Below, one piece after another: positions 1 through 9,750 of a stretch of DNA of 64,000 nucleotides (positions within the stretch are counted from its first letter, which is position 1; each line of letters starts with the position of its first letter). Source of the DNA: Planctomycetota bacterium (lineage in GTDB: Bacteria; Planctomycetota; UBA1135; UBA2386); the NCBI GenBank assembly GCA_044230075.1, contig JBGARS010000016.1, forward strand, positions 533 to 64,532. Direction: 5' to 3'. Under the pieces are notes generated by a model. That model was not told where the DNA came from. It saw only the letters and a list, made by a program, of their open reading frames with translations, and searched no databases. The position numbers and the translations under genes were made by a program.

Positions 1-150
1 ACCCAACAGGTCCCCTTCACGATCCCGGGCTTCACGACCCCCGGCTTCCTGTTCTACTCGCAGGCGGCAGCGCTGATCTGCCCGGCGGCGCCGAACAACG
101 CCGGCATCATCCTCAGCAACGGTCTGCGTAGCTACTGCAACACGTTCTGA
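1..150 (+). CDS. 3' end of a probably secreted protein carrying the shared C-terminal domain (partial)
   Basis: Frame 1 reads TQQVPFTIPGFTTPGFLFYSQAAALICPAAPNNAGIILSNGLRSYCNTF* with stop at 148-150. The ...F.Q......SNG... ending resembles the C-termini at 23664, 25214 and 27430. Confidence 0.7.
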   Translation, partial: TQQVPFTIPGFTTPGFLFYSQAAALICPAAPNNAGIILSNGLRSYCNTF

Positions 151-161
151 CCGCGGGGGTC

Positions 162-229
162 GCCGGTCGCCATGCGACCGGCAGCCCGACAACGAGCCCG
201 ACGACCCTGATGGATCGCCGGGCTCGTTG
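162..229 (+). terminator. Two tandem hairpins, probable intrinsic terminator
   Basis: GCCGGTCGC-cat-GCGACCGGC (162-182) and CAACGAGCCCG...CGGGCTCGTTG (190-200/219-229) followed by cgtttc, immediately after the stop at 150. Confidence 0.55.
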
Positions 230-491
230 CGTTTCGGGCCGGGTATCGTGCGCCCCTACGCCCTCGGCCATGTCGACCCCGCTTGCTGCCATGCCGACGC
301 GCGGATCCCGACGCCGCGGCCGCTGACCCCAGTCGCGCCTTGCACGCGCACCCACGTAACGGTCGGAAATCTCAGTGGCAGCGGGGGATCCGCGTTCGGC
401 CGCCTCGATTCCGCAGCCGCTTTCTGCAACACTGCCAACGCGGGAATCGTTGCTTCGGCTCGAACCACTTACTCCAACAAGGACAACGACA

Positions 492-980
492 ATGGCCTCC
501 ACCATCTTCTGCAAGATCGACGGTATCAAGGGCGAGAGCACCGACGCCAACCACAAGGACGAGATCGAACTGCTCTCCTACAGCCACGGCGTGAGCCAGC
601 CTCGCTCCGCCACCGCCAGCACCGCCGGCGGCGGCACGACCGGGCGCTGCAACCACACCGACTTCTCCGTCGTCAAGACGATGGACAGCTCGAGCCCGGT
701 GCTGAACCAGCAGTGCTGCACCGGCAAGCACATCAAGGAGATCGTCATCACGCTGCGACGCGCCGACGGCGACAAGAGCGTGCCCTACATGATCTACAAG
801 ATGAGCGACGTCGTGATCTCGAGCGTCAGCATCGGCGGCTCGTCGGACAGCGTGCCGACCGAGAGCGTGACCTTCAACTACGCCAAGATCGAGTGGGAGT
901 ACACCAAGCAGAGCCGCGCGGGCGGTGCTGGTTCCGGCAAGACGAACGGCAGCTGGGACCTGGCCAAGAACAGCACGTGA
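492..980 (+). CDS. hcp: Hcp1-family type VI secretion tube protein
   Basis: MASTIFCKIDGIKGESTDANHKDEIELLSYSHGV...DSSSPVL...ESVTFNYAKIEWEY...SWDL are typical Hcp motifs. SD AAGGA at 479-483, ATG at 492. Confidence 0.93.
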   Translation: MASTIFCKIDGIKGESTDANHKDEIELLSYSHGVSQPRSATASTAGGGTTGRCNHTDFSVVKTMDSSSPVLNQQCCTGKHIKEIVITLRRADGDKSVPYMIYKMSDVVISSVSIGGSSDSVPTESVTFNYAKIEWEYTKQSRAGGAGSGKTNGSWDLAKNST

Positions 981-1095
981 GCGGGCTGTAGCCTGGTGCA
1001 CCGCCGCGGCGGCCGGCCTTCACGAGAAGGTGGCCGCCGCGGTTGCGTACCCGCCCTGCGGTTGCGCCGTGCGCCCGGTGCGGCATAGTCGCGGC

Positions 1096-1575
1096 ATGCG
1101 CGCCAGCACCGACGACCTGAGCCCCGCCGAACAGAAGCTGCTCGCCGACGTCGACGCGTCGGGTGTGCACGTCGTGCACGTGCCGGCGAACGACTCCCTG
1201 CCCGCGCACTCGTGTTCGGTCGGCATGTGGGACAGCTTCGAGCAGCCCGAGGTCGTGGTGTTCGGTCTGCCCGCCGAGGTCGCCGGGGAACTCATCGAAC
1301 TGATCGCCGACGAGGCGGACGAAGGCCACCGCTTCCTCGACGGCTCGCGCCACGAAGGGCTGCTGCAGGAGTATCCGGTGCGGTTCGTCGAGGTGCCGAA
1401 ATCGCGCTACGCCGAGACCCTGGCTGCCGCCTGCTGGGCCTACCAAGGCGACGACTTCCCCGCCGTGCAGCTCGTGTGGCCCGACAAGCAGGGGCGCTGG
1501 CCGTGGGACCCCGAGGCGCGCGAGGGCTTTCGTGCGAGCCAACCGGTGCTCGGTCGGACCGGGCCGGCCACGTGA
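1096..1575 (+). CDS. DUF4262-like protein
   Basis: SVG.W..FEQPEVVVFGL and C-terminal VQLVWPDKQGRWPWD motifs. Confidence 0.75.
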   Translation: MRASTDDLSPAEQKLLADVDASGVHVVHVPANDSLPAHSCSVGMWDSFEQPEVVVFGLPAEVAGELIELIADEADEGHRFLDGSRHEGLLQEYPVRFVEVPKSRYAETLAAACWAYQGDDFPAVQLVWPDKQGRWPWDPEAREGFRASQPVLGRTGPAT

Positions 1576-1751
1576 CCGAAGGGTCGCCGAAACCGCAGCG
1601 CATCGCCGCCACGTGGTACCTCGGCGCGGTGTTCGCGGTGTTGCTGCTGCTCGTCGTGTTGCGCGGCGCCGGCCGGCCGCTGCTGCTCGCCGGCCTGGTC
1701 GTCTTCGCCGTGGTCAAGATCGTGCGCGCCGTGCTGCGGCCGCTGCCGTGA
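1572..1751 (+). CDS. Small two-helix membrane protein
   Basis: GTGA overlap with the upstream stop; 59 aa with two hydrophobic stretches. Confidence 0.5.
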   Translation: MTEGSPKPQRIAATWYLGAVFAVLLLLVVLRGAGRPLLLAGLVVFAVVKIVRAVLRPLP

Positions 1752-1766
1752 CGGCCGGCGGCGGAG

Positions 1767-2672
1767 TCACGGATACAGCGCCGTGACTGCGCTGGTATGA
1801 GCGAAGCCGTCGACCGCCATCGGGTCGAACACGCCCCACTGGAACGACAGCGGAAAGCCCTGCCAGATCGGGTCGTTCGGAATGAACAGCGTGTGGGTGG
1901 CGCCGCCGACGAACGGACTCGTGTGGGACTTGGTGACGACCGGCAGCAGGATCTCCGGCGTGACCCATACGTCGGCCCAACCGATCGATACGCCGCCTGG
2001 GATGGGCACGCCGAGCACGAGCACGGCGAGCACGTTGCGAGCCGCATCGTCGAGCCAGACGTCGATCGGACTCTGGACCGCTGGCCAGCCGGTGACGCCG
2101 ATCGTCGGCACGCCATACTGCCCCGGCTTGCCGGTGCCGTAGTTGGTGATCGTGCCGGCCGCGAACGGTGCGAACAGCCGGTACTTGCCGGGCACCATGC
2201 CCATCGCGTGCCAGGTGTTGCCGTCGGAGTAACGCGTCTCGATCAGCACGTTCGCCGGGTCGTTGTCGGCACTGACCGAGTGCTGCGGGAACATGCCCTG
2301 CACGCGCCACACCAGGAAGTAGTCCTGGCCCGCCTGCACGGGGGCCACCTGCGCGAACGTCGCGCCTTGCCAGCAGCGCGCGTGCGTCGTCGTCCAGTTG
2401 CCGGCCTGACCGACCAACATGTCCGGCAGGCCGGTCGCCGCATTGCGGGTCCGGATCTCCACCGAGTGCAGCGCCGGCGGCTGGTTGCCGGTGAACACCT
2501 GCGCCGCGGCCAGCGACGTGGTCGCCGATGCCGTGAAACGGAAGGCGATCACGCTGCTGGGCCAGCCGACGGCGTAGCTGCCGTAGGAGAGGTTGTCGTT
2601 CGCGGCGTCGAGAAGCTGTTGGGCAGGCAGGCAGCCAGCCGCGCACAGCACCAGTGGCAGGAGAGGGCGCAT
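1767..2672 (-). CDS. Secreted protein with beta-sandwich-like domain and shared C-terminal domain
   Basis: Signal peptide MRPLLPLVLCAAGCLPA|QQ; C-terminal region starts YGTGKPGQYGVP and ends FQWGVFDP...HTSAV. Confidence 0.75.
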   Translation of the reverse strand: MRPLLPLVLCAAGCLPAQQLLDAANDNLSYGSYAVGWPSSVIAFRFTASATTSLAAAQVFTGNQPPALHSVEIRTRNAATGLPDMLVGQAGNWTTTHARCWQGATFAQVAPVQAGQDYFLVWRVQGMFPQHSVSADNDPANVLIETRYSDGNTWHAMGMVPGKYRLFAPFAAGTITNYGTGKPGQYGVPTIGVTGWPAVQSPIDVWLDDAARNVLAVLVLGVPIPGGVSIGWADVWVTPEILLPVVTKSHTSPFVGGATHTLFIPNDPIWQGFPLSFQWGVFDPMAVDGFAHTSAVTALYP

Positions 2673-2729
2673 GCCCAGCAGTCTGGCCGCGGACCGTGTC
2701 GGCGGGCAAGGGGGTGGTGCGCCGAACCG

Positions 2730-3593
2730 TCACGCGATCGCCGTGCGGCGGTGCGACAGCACGCTCGCGGCGACGACGCTGCCGATGATCGAGGCGCCGC
2801 CGGCGACGGCCAGCGGGTGCGGTGTCTCGCCGAGCACGACGAAGGTGATCACCGGATTCAGCGCCGGCTCGATCATCAGCAGCAGCGAGGTGCGCACCGC
2901 GGCCACGTGTCGGATCGCCGAGGCCAGCACGACGTAGGCGATGCCGACCTGGAACACGCCCAGCACGCCGATGACGATCCAGTCGTGTGCGGTGCCGAGC
3001 ACCGGCGTCTGCCCGGCGAATGGCATCAGCAGAAACGCCAGCGGCATCGCGAACGTGTTGCTCCAGGCCAGCGCGGCACTGGTCTCGTCGGGACCACTCC
3101 GGGTGAGCCACCGCATGCCCATCAGCAGCAGCGCGAAGCTGATGCCCGAGGCGAGCGCGAACAGATCGCCCGTGCGCGGATCCGGCGCCGTGCGCTGCAC
3201 GGTCGTCGGCGCCAGGAAGCACAGCGACATGCCTGCGGCGACACCGGCGAACACCAACAGGTCGCGGCGTGTCGCGCGTTCGCGGAGCAGCAGAGGTGCG
3301 AACACCAGCACCCACATCGGCGCCGTCGACTGCAGGAAGATGGCGTTCGCGGAGGTGGTCAGTGTGTTGGCGATCACGAACAGCACCGTGGCGCCGAAGT
3401 ACGGCAGCACGAGCCGGAGGATGCGCAGGTTCGGCCATCGCCGCGCCGTTGGCAGCAGCACGAACAGCGTCACCGCGGCGATGCCGGTACGCAGGCCCGC
3501 ACGCTGCAGGGACGGGAAGTCGCAGCTCTTCAACAGCGCCCCGCCGGAGGCGAACAGGGCGCCGGCGAGCAGTACGCGCAGGGTCGGCGGCAC
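2730..3593 (-). CDS. EamA/DMT family transporter
   Basis: About ten hydrophobic segments; ANAIFLQSTAPMW and SLLLMIEPALNPV motifs; GTG start at 3593 chosen. Confidence 0.88.
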   Translation of the reverse strand: MPPTLRVLLAGALFASGGALLKSCDFPSLQRAGLRTGIAAVTLFVLLPTARRWPNLRILRLVLPYFGATVLFVIANTLTTSANAIFLQSTAPMWVLVFAPLLLRERATRRDLLVFAGVAAGMSLCFLAPTTVQRTAPDPRTGDLFALASGISFALLLMGMRWLTRSGPDETSAALAWSNTFAMPLAFLLMPFAGQTPVLGTAHDWIVIGVLGVFQVGIAYVVLASAIRHVAAVRTSLLLMIEPALNPVITFVVLGETPHPLAVAGGASIIGSVVAASVLSHRRTAIA

Positions 3594-3692
3594 GCGCGGC
3601 GTTCTCCCACAACCGCGTCCCGGAGTCCATCGGGGTGGCGCACCGGCCTGGACTGGAATCGGACTCCGCTCCCGGCCACCCTGGCGCTCGCC

Positions 3693-4478
3693 ATGAGCCA
3701 CTACCAGACTCTCGAGGTCGCGCAGGCAGGTCCGGTCCTGCACGTCCGGTTGAACCGGCCCGACGTGCGCAACGCCTTCAACGGGACCGTCGTCGACGAG
3801 CTGCAGGCGGCGTTCGCGGCCGCGGACGGCAACCAGGCGGCGCGTGTCGTCGTGCTCAGCGGCAACGGCAAGAGCTTCTCGGCCGGCGCCGATCTGGCGT
3901 GGATGCAGGAGCAGGCCGATCTGCCGCTGGCCGAGAACGAGCGCAGCGCGGCGAGCATGGCGCGCATGTTCCTCGCCATCGCCAGGTGCAAGAAGCCGGT
4001 GGTCGGCCGCATCCACGGCCACGCGCTCGGCGGTGGCACCGGCCTCACGGCGGCGGTGGACGTCGCGATCTGCACCGAGACGTGCCTGTTCGGCCTCACC
4101 GAGGCCAAGCTCGGCATCGTGCCGGCGGTGATCTCACCGTTCGTGCTGCAGAAGATCGGTGTCGGTCGCGCGCGCACACTGTTCCTCACCGGCGAACGGT
4201 TCGACGGCAACGAGGCGGAGCGCATCGGCCTCGTGCACCGCGCGGTCGACGAGCAGCACCTCGACGCGGCCGTGCAGCAGGTCACCGGCGAACTGCTGTC
4301 CTCCGGCCCGGCGGCGGTGGCCAGCGCCAAGGAGTTGATCCGCAGCGTCGGCCACCTGTCGCTCGAGGATGCGATCCCGGTGACGTCGAAGTGGATCGCC
4401 GCGCTGCGCGCGACGCCCGAGGCGCGCGAGGGCTTCGCGGCGTTCCTCGGCAAGAAGAAGCCGAACTGGATCGTCTGA
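3693..4478 (+). CDS. Enoyl-CoA hydratase/isomerase (methylglutaconyl-CoA hydratase-like)
   Basis: LNRPDVRNAF, SFSAGADL, ALGGGTGL, EAKLGIVPAVISP crotonase motifs. Confidence 0.9.
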   Translation: MSHYQTLEVAQAGPVLHVRLNRPDVRNAFNGTVVDELQAAFAAADGNQAARVVVLSGNGKSFSAGADLAWMQEQADLPLAENERSAASMARMFLAIARCKKPVVGRIHGHALGGGTGLTAAVDVAICTETCLFGLTEAKLGIVPAVISPFVLQKIGVGRARTLFLTGERFDGNEAERIGLVHRAVDEQHLDAAVQQVTGELLSSGPAAVASAKELIRSVGHLSLEDAIPVTSKWIAALRATPEAREGFAAFLGKKKPNWIV

Positions 4479-4498
4479 GCGTCGTCCCGGCGCGGCGA

Positions 4499-5815
4499 TC
4501 AGCGCCCGCCACGCAGCCGCAGCAGCGCCGCTTCCAGCACCGGATCCCGTTCGTCGAAGTCACCGGGTTTGGCCGCCACGTAGATGTGCGGCGTGATCCC
4601 CTCGCCTTCGAAGCAACTGCCGTCGGGGCGCAGCGCCTGCCAGCTCGGCAGCAGCACCGCGAGTCCCGGCAGCAGCGTGTGTGCCTGTGGGTTGCCGGAA
4701 CTGCCGTACGTCGTGGCGCCGACCAGCAGCGCGCGCGGCGACTGCTTCATCATCAACAGGAACGCCTCGCTGCTCGACATGTTCAGCGGCCCCGTCAGCA
4801 CGGCGACCTGGCCCTGGAACACATCCGGTGGCCCGTTGCCACGCAGACGCCGATCCTGCCGTTCGCCGAAGCCGTCGGCCGCCTTCGGATCGCACGAACG
4901 GTGCGCGGCGTAGACGACCTCGCCCTCGACGAAGAACCCCGCCAGCCGCTGCGCCAGCTGTTCGTCGCCGCCGGTGTTGCCGCGCAGGTCGAGCACCATG
5001 GCCTTGCAGGTCATCAGGCTGCGCAGCGCCTCGAGCAGGCGATCGAACTCGTCGCGCTGTTCGCGCGCAAACGTGCCGACGAACAGGTAGCCGATCTCGT
5101 CGTCGGTACGCGCCAGGAGGCCGACGCGGCCGATCTGCTGCAGCTTCGGCAACGCGCGCTGCAGCGCGCGTGCGTCGAAGTTCGCGACCACCTCGCGGCG
5201 CGCGGTCGGCAGCGTGGCGCCTTGCCACTGCACCGCGACGTGTACGTCCTGGGCGGTCGCCAGCAGCTCGCTGATGTGCAGCGCGAGCGAAGCGCCGCTG
5301 CGCGAGGCCTCCAGTCGTTCCCGGTGCGTGCGGTCGAGTTCGCTCCAGTCGATGCCGAGGCGATCGCGGTAGGCATACTGATCGTGCAGGGCGACGAACA
5401 GGCGGTCCACGGCGGCCCGCGCGGCGCCTTCGGCCAGTGCCGCGCCCTTGGTCGCGATGCGCCAGGGCGTCGCCGCCAGTCGTCGACCGCCCGCGCTGCG
5501 GAAGCCGGCTGACTCGGCGCAGGCGAGGTCCATCGCGTAGACGTGATCGGGCTCCAAGGTGGCGTCGAGCAGGAACGTGCGATCGTTCTCCCAGCTCGGC
5601 GTGCCGGCGTTCGGGAAGCTCGGGCCGCCGCCGCACAGGCCGTAGACTCCCGGATCCATCGCCTGATCGAACTGCACCAGCAGCTGTCGCACGATCGTGG
5701 CATCGACTTCCGCGGCGAGGTGGGGTGGGTCGAGTCGCACCACGGCTGGTGGTGCCTGCGCGACCGCGAACGAGGCGGCGAGGGCCACACTGACCACGGT
5801 CGGGAAGTGGTTCAT
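4499..5815 (-). CDS. Secreted S41-family peptidase with N-terminal Ig-like (Big_5/SbsA-like) domain
   Basis: Signal peptide ...SFAVA|QAP; DLRGNTGG, MSSSE (catalytic Ser), TYGSSGNP, FEGEGITP. ATG overlaps the tgpA stop at 5812-5815. Confidence 0.85.
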   Translation of the reverse strand: MNHFPTVVSVALAASFAVAQAPPAVVRLDPPHLAAEVDATIVRQLLVQFDQAMDPGVYGLCGGGPSFPNAGTPSWENDRTFLLDATLEPDHVYAMDLACAESAGFRSAGGRRLAATPWRIATKGAALAEGAARAAVDRLFVALHDQYAYRDRLGIDWSELDRTHRERLEASRSGASLALHISELLATAQDVHVAVQWQGATLPTARREVVANFDARALQRALPKLQQIGRVGLLARTDDEIGYLFVGTFAREQRDEFDRLLEALRSLMTCKAMVLDLRGNTGGDEQLAQRLAGFFVEGEVVYAAHRSCDPKAADGFGERQDRRLRGNGPPDVFQGQVAVLTGPLNMSSSEAFLLMMKQSPRALLVGATTYGSSGNPQAHTLLPGLAVLLPSWQALRPDGSCFEGEGITPHIYVAAKPGDFDERDPVLEAALLRLRGGR

Positions 5816-7776
5816 GTTCTCCGCGTTCCTTGGCCGGGTCGGGTGGCGACCGGGCCGTAGCGCAGGCGTTCGTGGTCGTGCGCGGCCTGCTGGAGGCTCG
5901 CGAGCGGGGCCGGATCGACGCTGGCCGCCTCTGCTCGGAGCAGCAGTTCGCGCGGCGTCTCGCCAGCCTGCAACGAGAGCCCGGCAGCACGGACCGCGCG
6001 TTCGAGGTCGGCGATCGCCGGCTCGTCCTGCCGCCGCCGCCGCCGACGGTAGGCGACCAGCACGCCGACCGCCAGGATCGCAAGCGTCGCGAACGGATTG
6101 GCCAGCGCCGCGCGGGCCAGTGCGCCGGGAAGTTCGACGACGCGCTGCAGCCACGCCGCCCGGCGGCTGCCGTTGAAGCCGACGACCTCGCTCCAGAGCC
6201 CCTCGAGCTGGCGCCAGCAGGCGGCCGACCACGAAGTCGCCTCCCCGCGCGTCGCCATGACGTCGGCCGGCGGCGTCGCGTCCAGGGTCAGCCAGCGGCC
6301 GTCCCGGGCGAGTGCTTCGACCCAGGCGTGCGCGTGCCGCGACCGCACCACCACGCTGGCACTCGCCGGATCCCACTCGTGGGCCAGGTAGCCGCCGACG
6401 ACCCGGCACGGCACGCCCTGCAGGCGCAGCAGCATCGCCAGCGCGGTGGCGAAGTACTCGCAGTGGCCGGCGCCGGCGCCGATCAGGAACTCGCCGAGAT
6501 TGCGGGCGAAGCCCGGCTCACCGGGCAACTGGTAGCGGCGGTGGTCGCGCAACCAGTCGCAGCTGGCGGTGGCGATCGTCGTTCTGTCGGCATCTGGCGG
6601 CAGCTGGCGCTGCACCTGCGCGGCGAGGTCGTGCAGCACGCGCGGCAGGTTCTGCGCCGGCAGGTTCGTCAGCTCTGCCAGCTGGCGGCGCGAGGGCGTC
6701 ACGCGTCCGGAATGCGCGGCGATCTCCACCACGTACTCGAGCGCGCGCGAAGGCGCGTCGTCGAGCCGATCGGCACGGATCGCGCCGCTCGCCTCGTCGT
6801 GCAGCAGCAGCCCCGGACCGTGCGTCAGCCGCAGCGCGCGCGCGGTGAGCGGGTGCGGCAGGCGCACGTCACCGGTCTCCGGCAGCTGCACGTGCACGAG
6901 GGCGACCGCTGGGCCGATGTCGCGCCGCCACCAACCATCGGCGGCACGGTCCCAGCCGACGTCGAGCGTCGGCCGATCGTCGCCGCGGGAAGTCGTCGGC
7001 GACCACTGCAGGCCGTCGAAGTCCGCGAAGGTGATCGACCGCCAGTGGCTCGGCACGTCGGTCTCGTGACCGCCAGCGGGGGACAGCCGCATCACGACCG
7101 CATCGCTGAGGTGCGTCGGCATCTCGTCGTCGATGCGGATCCGGTCGGCGACGCCGGACTCGGCACCCTGTTGCTGGGCGATCGCCTCGCCGAGCCAGCC
7201 CGGGCGCGCGAAGTCGCGCGGCAAGGTCACGAACAGCAGCGCCGTGACGGCACCGATCACGACCGAGTGCACGCACGCGTGCCGGACCACGCCACGCACT
7301 GGCGTTGCCTCGACCGGCGTGCCGCGGCGCACGAGCACGTTCACCTGCAGTGCCGCGATCAGCACGACCGCGTGCCCGACGAACAGCAGCGACCAGCCCA
7401 GATCCGGCGCGAAGAAGCTGGTGACGAACGCGACCAGCAGCGAGTTGAAGAACACCAGGTCCGGCCGCTGCCGCTCGCCGATGTTGTTCAGCAGGTGCAC
7501 CTGGCACAACACGGCCAGCACGAGGCCGTCTTCGAGCATGTGCAGCAGGCCGGTCGTCGTCGCGTGCCGCACCAGCAGCGCGAACACCAGCAGCACACCC
7601 ACGTTCCAGGTGACGCGGCAGGCGAGGTGCCGCTGCAGGCGCCGCAGCCACGGCGCCGCGATCGTCAGCAGCCACAGCGGCAGCAGGCCTTGGCCGCCGA
7701 CGATGCCGGTCGCCTGCACGAACGCGAGGTCGAGCAGCGTCAGCAGCAACAGGAACGGCAGCAGCCGGTCACGCAC
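5812..7776 (-). CDS. TgpA-like transglutaminase (DUF3488 membrane domain + transglutaminase core)
   Basis: N-terminal TM helices; GHCEYFATA (Cys), HAHAWVE (His), LDATP (Asp). Confidence 0.9.
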   Translation of the reverse strand: MRDRLLPFLLLLTLLDLAFVQATGIVGGQGLLPLWLLTIAAPWLRRLQRHLACRVTWNVGVLLVFALLVRHATTTGLLHMLEDGLVLAVLCQVHLLNNIGERQRPDLVFFNSLLVAFVTSFFAPDLGWSLLFVGHAVVLIAALQVNVLVRRGTPVEATPVRGVVRHACVHSVVIGAVTALLFVTLPRDFARPGWLGEAIAQQQGAESGVADRIRIDDEMPTHLSDAVVMRLSPAGGHETDVPSHWRSITFADFDGLQWSPTTSRGDDRPTLDVGWDRAADGWWRRDIGPAVALVHVQLPETGDVRLPHPLTARALRLTHGPGLLLHDEASGAIRADRLDDAPSRALEYVVEIAAHSGRVTPSRRQLAELTNLPAQNLPRVLHDLAAQVQRQLPPDADRTTIATASCDWLRDHRRYQLPGEPGFARNLGEFLIGAGAGHCEYFATALAMLLRLQGVPCRVVGGYLAHEWDPASASVVVRSRHAHAWVEALARDGRWLTLDATPPADVMATRGEATSWSAACWRQLEGLWSEVVGFNGSRRAAWLQRVVELPGALARAALANPFATLAILAVGVLVAYRRRRRRQDEPAIADLERAVRAAGLSLQAGETPRELLLRAEAASVDPAPLASLQQAAHDHERLRYGPVATRPGQGTRRT

Positions 7777-8698
7777 GGCTCGGCTCCCGGCCGCGTCGGC
7801 GCGGCAGTTCGGGGGCGGCTGCGTCGGCGGGCAGCACGTCGGCCTGCGCCAGCCAGCGCAACACAGCTCGCGGCGGCGGCTGGCTACCCGGCACGAGCAC
7901 GGTGTAGCCCTGGCTGACGAGCTGAACGCCGTGCAGCGAAGTGGCGGCAGCCAACACCGCGCCGGTCGCGACGGCGAGGGCCTGTTCGAGATCGGCGGGC
8001 GAACACCGGCGGTCGACGACGATGGTGCGCGCGTCGCCGACCTCACCGTCGCGTTCCTTGACGATGGGCACGCCGCGGCGCGCCGTCGCCTTCCAGTGCA
8101 CGTCGCGCACCGCGTCGCCGGTGCGGAACGGACGCAGGCCGCTGACCGTCGCCGGTTGTGCGCTGGCGCCGTCGTGCTGCCCCGCCGGGCGCCGCAACGC
8201 GCTCGCCGGCGGCGCGCTCGCCGGCAGCGGATGGGTGACGACCTCGAGCTGCAGCGGCCGCCGCACGGTCAGTTCGAACAGGCCGAACGGGAAACGCGAC
8301 GCGATGCGCAGCCGGTGGATGTCGTGCACGCCGCGCGGCAGGGCGGGCAGCGACGACGGCGGCGGAGCCCGACCGTCGAGCATGGCGAGCGGTGACAGCG
8401 GGATGCCGGGCCCAGCGTCTTCCAGCGTCAGCACGACGTCGAACACGCGCCGTGCGGCGGCGATGCCGAGGTGCACCGGCCGCGTCGTGTCGGCGGGACC
8501 TGGTGGCACGTCCAGGCCGAGCACGCGCACGGCGCGCAGGTTGCGGATGCCCGTGACGAGCCCGACGCCGCCGAGCACACAGCAGAACACGATCAGCAGG
8601 AAGAAGAGGTTGCTGTAGCTCGTGGCCAGGAACGCCAGCTCGAGCGTTGCCAGCAACAGCAGGCCCTTCAGGCCGAGTTCCGTTGGGCGGATGCGCAT
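7769..8698 (-). CDS. DUF58 domain protein
   Basis: SRFPFGLF and LRPFRTGDAVRDVHWKATARRG motifs. Confidence 0.9.
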   Translation of the reverse strand: MRIRPTELGLKGLLLLATLELAFLATSYSNLFFLLIVFCCVLGGVGLVTGIRNLRAVRVLGLDVPPGPADTTRPVHLGIAAARRVFDVVLTLEDAGPGIPLSPLAMLDGRAPPPSSLPALPRGVHDIHRLRIASRFPFGLFELTVRRPLQLEVVTHPLPASAPPASALRRPAGQHDGASAQPATVSGLRPFRTGDAVRDVHWKATARRGVPIVKERDGEVGDARTIVVDRRCSPADLEQALAVATGAVLAAATSLHGVQLVSQGYTVLVPGSQPPPRAVLRWLAQADVLPADAAAPELPRRRGREPSRA

Positions 8699-8708
8699 GA
8701 TGGCGCCG

Positions 8709-9665
8709 TCAGAGCGGCACCTCGGTCGAGCGCACGGCGTCCGCGACCAGCTCGACCGACGGCTGCGCGTCGCGCCGGAACACGCGGTGGGCGAGCGCTG
8801 GTCCTGCGAGTGCCTTCAGGTCGTCAGGCAGCACGTAGGTGCGTCCGTCGAACGCCGCCCGTGCCTTCGCCGCGCGCAGCCAGGCCAGCGCGGCGCGCGG
8901 GCTGGCGCCCAGTTGCACGTCGGGATGCAGACGCGTCGCCTGCACCACGCGGTAGACGTACTCGGCGACCGCCGGCCGCACCTGCACCTCGTCGACCGCC
9001 GCGCGCAGCAGCAGCAACTGTTCGCAGTCGACGACCGGCTGGATGTCGGCCAGGCGCGCTTCGCAGTCGCGGCCGCTGTAGAGCGCCAGCTCGAACTCCG
9101 CCGCCGGGTACTCGAGTTCGACGCGCACGAGGAAACGATCCAGCGCCGCCTCGGGCACCGGGAAGGTGCCGTGGAACTCGACCGGGTTGCGCGTCGCCAG
9201 CACCAGGAACGGCCGGCCGAGGTCCAGCGTGCGCCCGTCGATCGACACGCGGCCGCTCTCCATCGCCTCGAGCAGGCACGACAGCGTGCGCGGGCTGGTG
9301 CGGTTGATCTCGTCGGCCAGCACGACGTTGGCGAACAGGGGACCGCGCACGAACGTGAAGCGGCCGAGGTCGGCGCGCCACACGGCGCTGCCGGTCACGT
9401 CGCTCGGCATCACGTCGTTGGTGAACTGGATGCGGCGAAACTCGCCGGCGATGCTCTGCGCGATCGTGCGCGCCAGCAGGGTCTTGCCGATGCCGGGAAT
9501 GCCCTCCAGCAGCACGTGACCGCCGGCGATCAACGCGCACAGGATCGGTTCGACGGCAGTGGCCGGTACGGCGACGACCGCGGTGAGGTTGCGTTGCAGT
9601 TCGGCGCGCACGGTGCGCACGTCGACGGTGGGGCTGTTGGCGGGCAAGGTGCGGTCTCCGACCAC
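8709..9665 (-). CDS. moxR: MoxR-family AAA+ ATPase
   Basis: HVLLEGIPGIGKT, RIQFTNDVMPSD, LADEINRTSPRT, PEAALDRF, GASPRA. Confidence 0.93.
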   Translation of the reverse strand: MVGDRTLPANSPTVDVRTVRAELQRNLTAVVAVPATAVEPILCALIAGGHVLLEGIPGIGKTLLARTIAQSIAGEFRRIQFTNDVMPSDVTGSAVWRADLGRFTFVRGPLFANVVLADEINRTSPRTLSCLLEAMESGRVSIDGRTLDLGRPFLVLATRNPVEFHGTFPVPEAALDRFLVRVELEYPAAEFELALYSGRDCEARLADIQPVVDCEQLLLLRAAVDEVQVRPAVAEYVYRVVQATRLHPDVQLGASPRAALAWLRAAKARAAFDGRTYVLPDDLKALAGPALAHRVFRRDAQPSVELVADAVRSTEVPL

Positions 9666-9750
9666 CTTTTCGACCGCTGGCTCCGGCCTGGTGAGCGTTC
9701 GCCGCGGCGCTCGATGGCATCGACGGATCCGCCGATCCCAGGCGACCCGT

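Noticed and set aside
355-491. c-di-GMP-I (GEMM) riboswitch upstream of hcp
   Set aside because: The GNRA tetraloop/receptor and GCAAA/GGG core could not be matched by eye.
1797-4478. 893-aa ORF appearing to be a giant enoyl-CoA hydratase fusion
   Set aside because: Only the last 261 aa (from ATG 3693) are crotonase; the rest is antisense to two real genes. The same applies to the extended N-termini of ORFs 57888-60890, 19185-20606 and 4499-6409.
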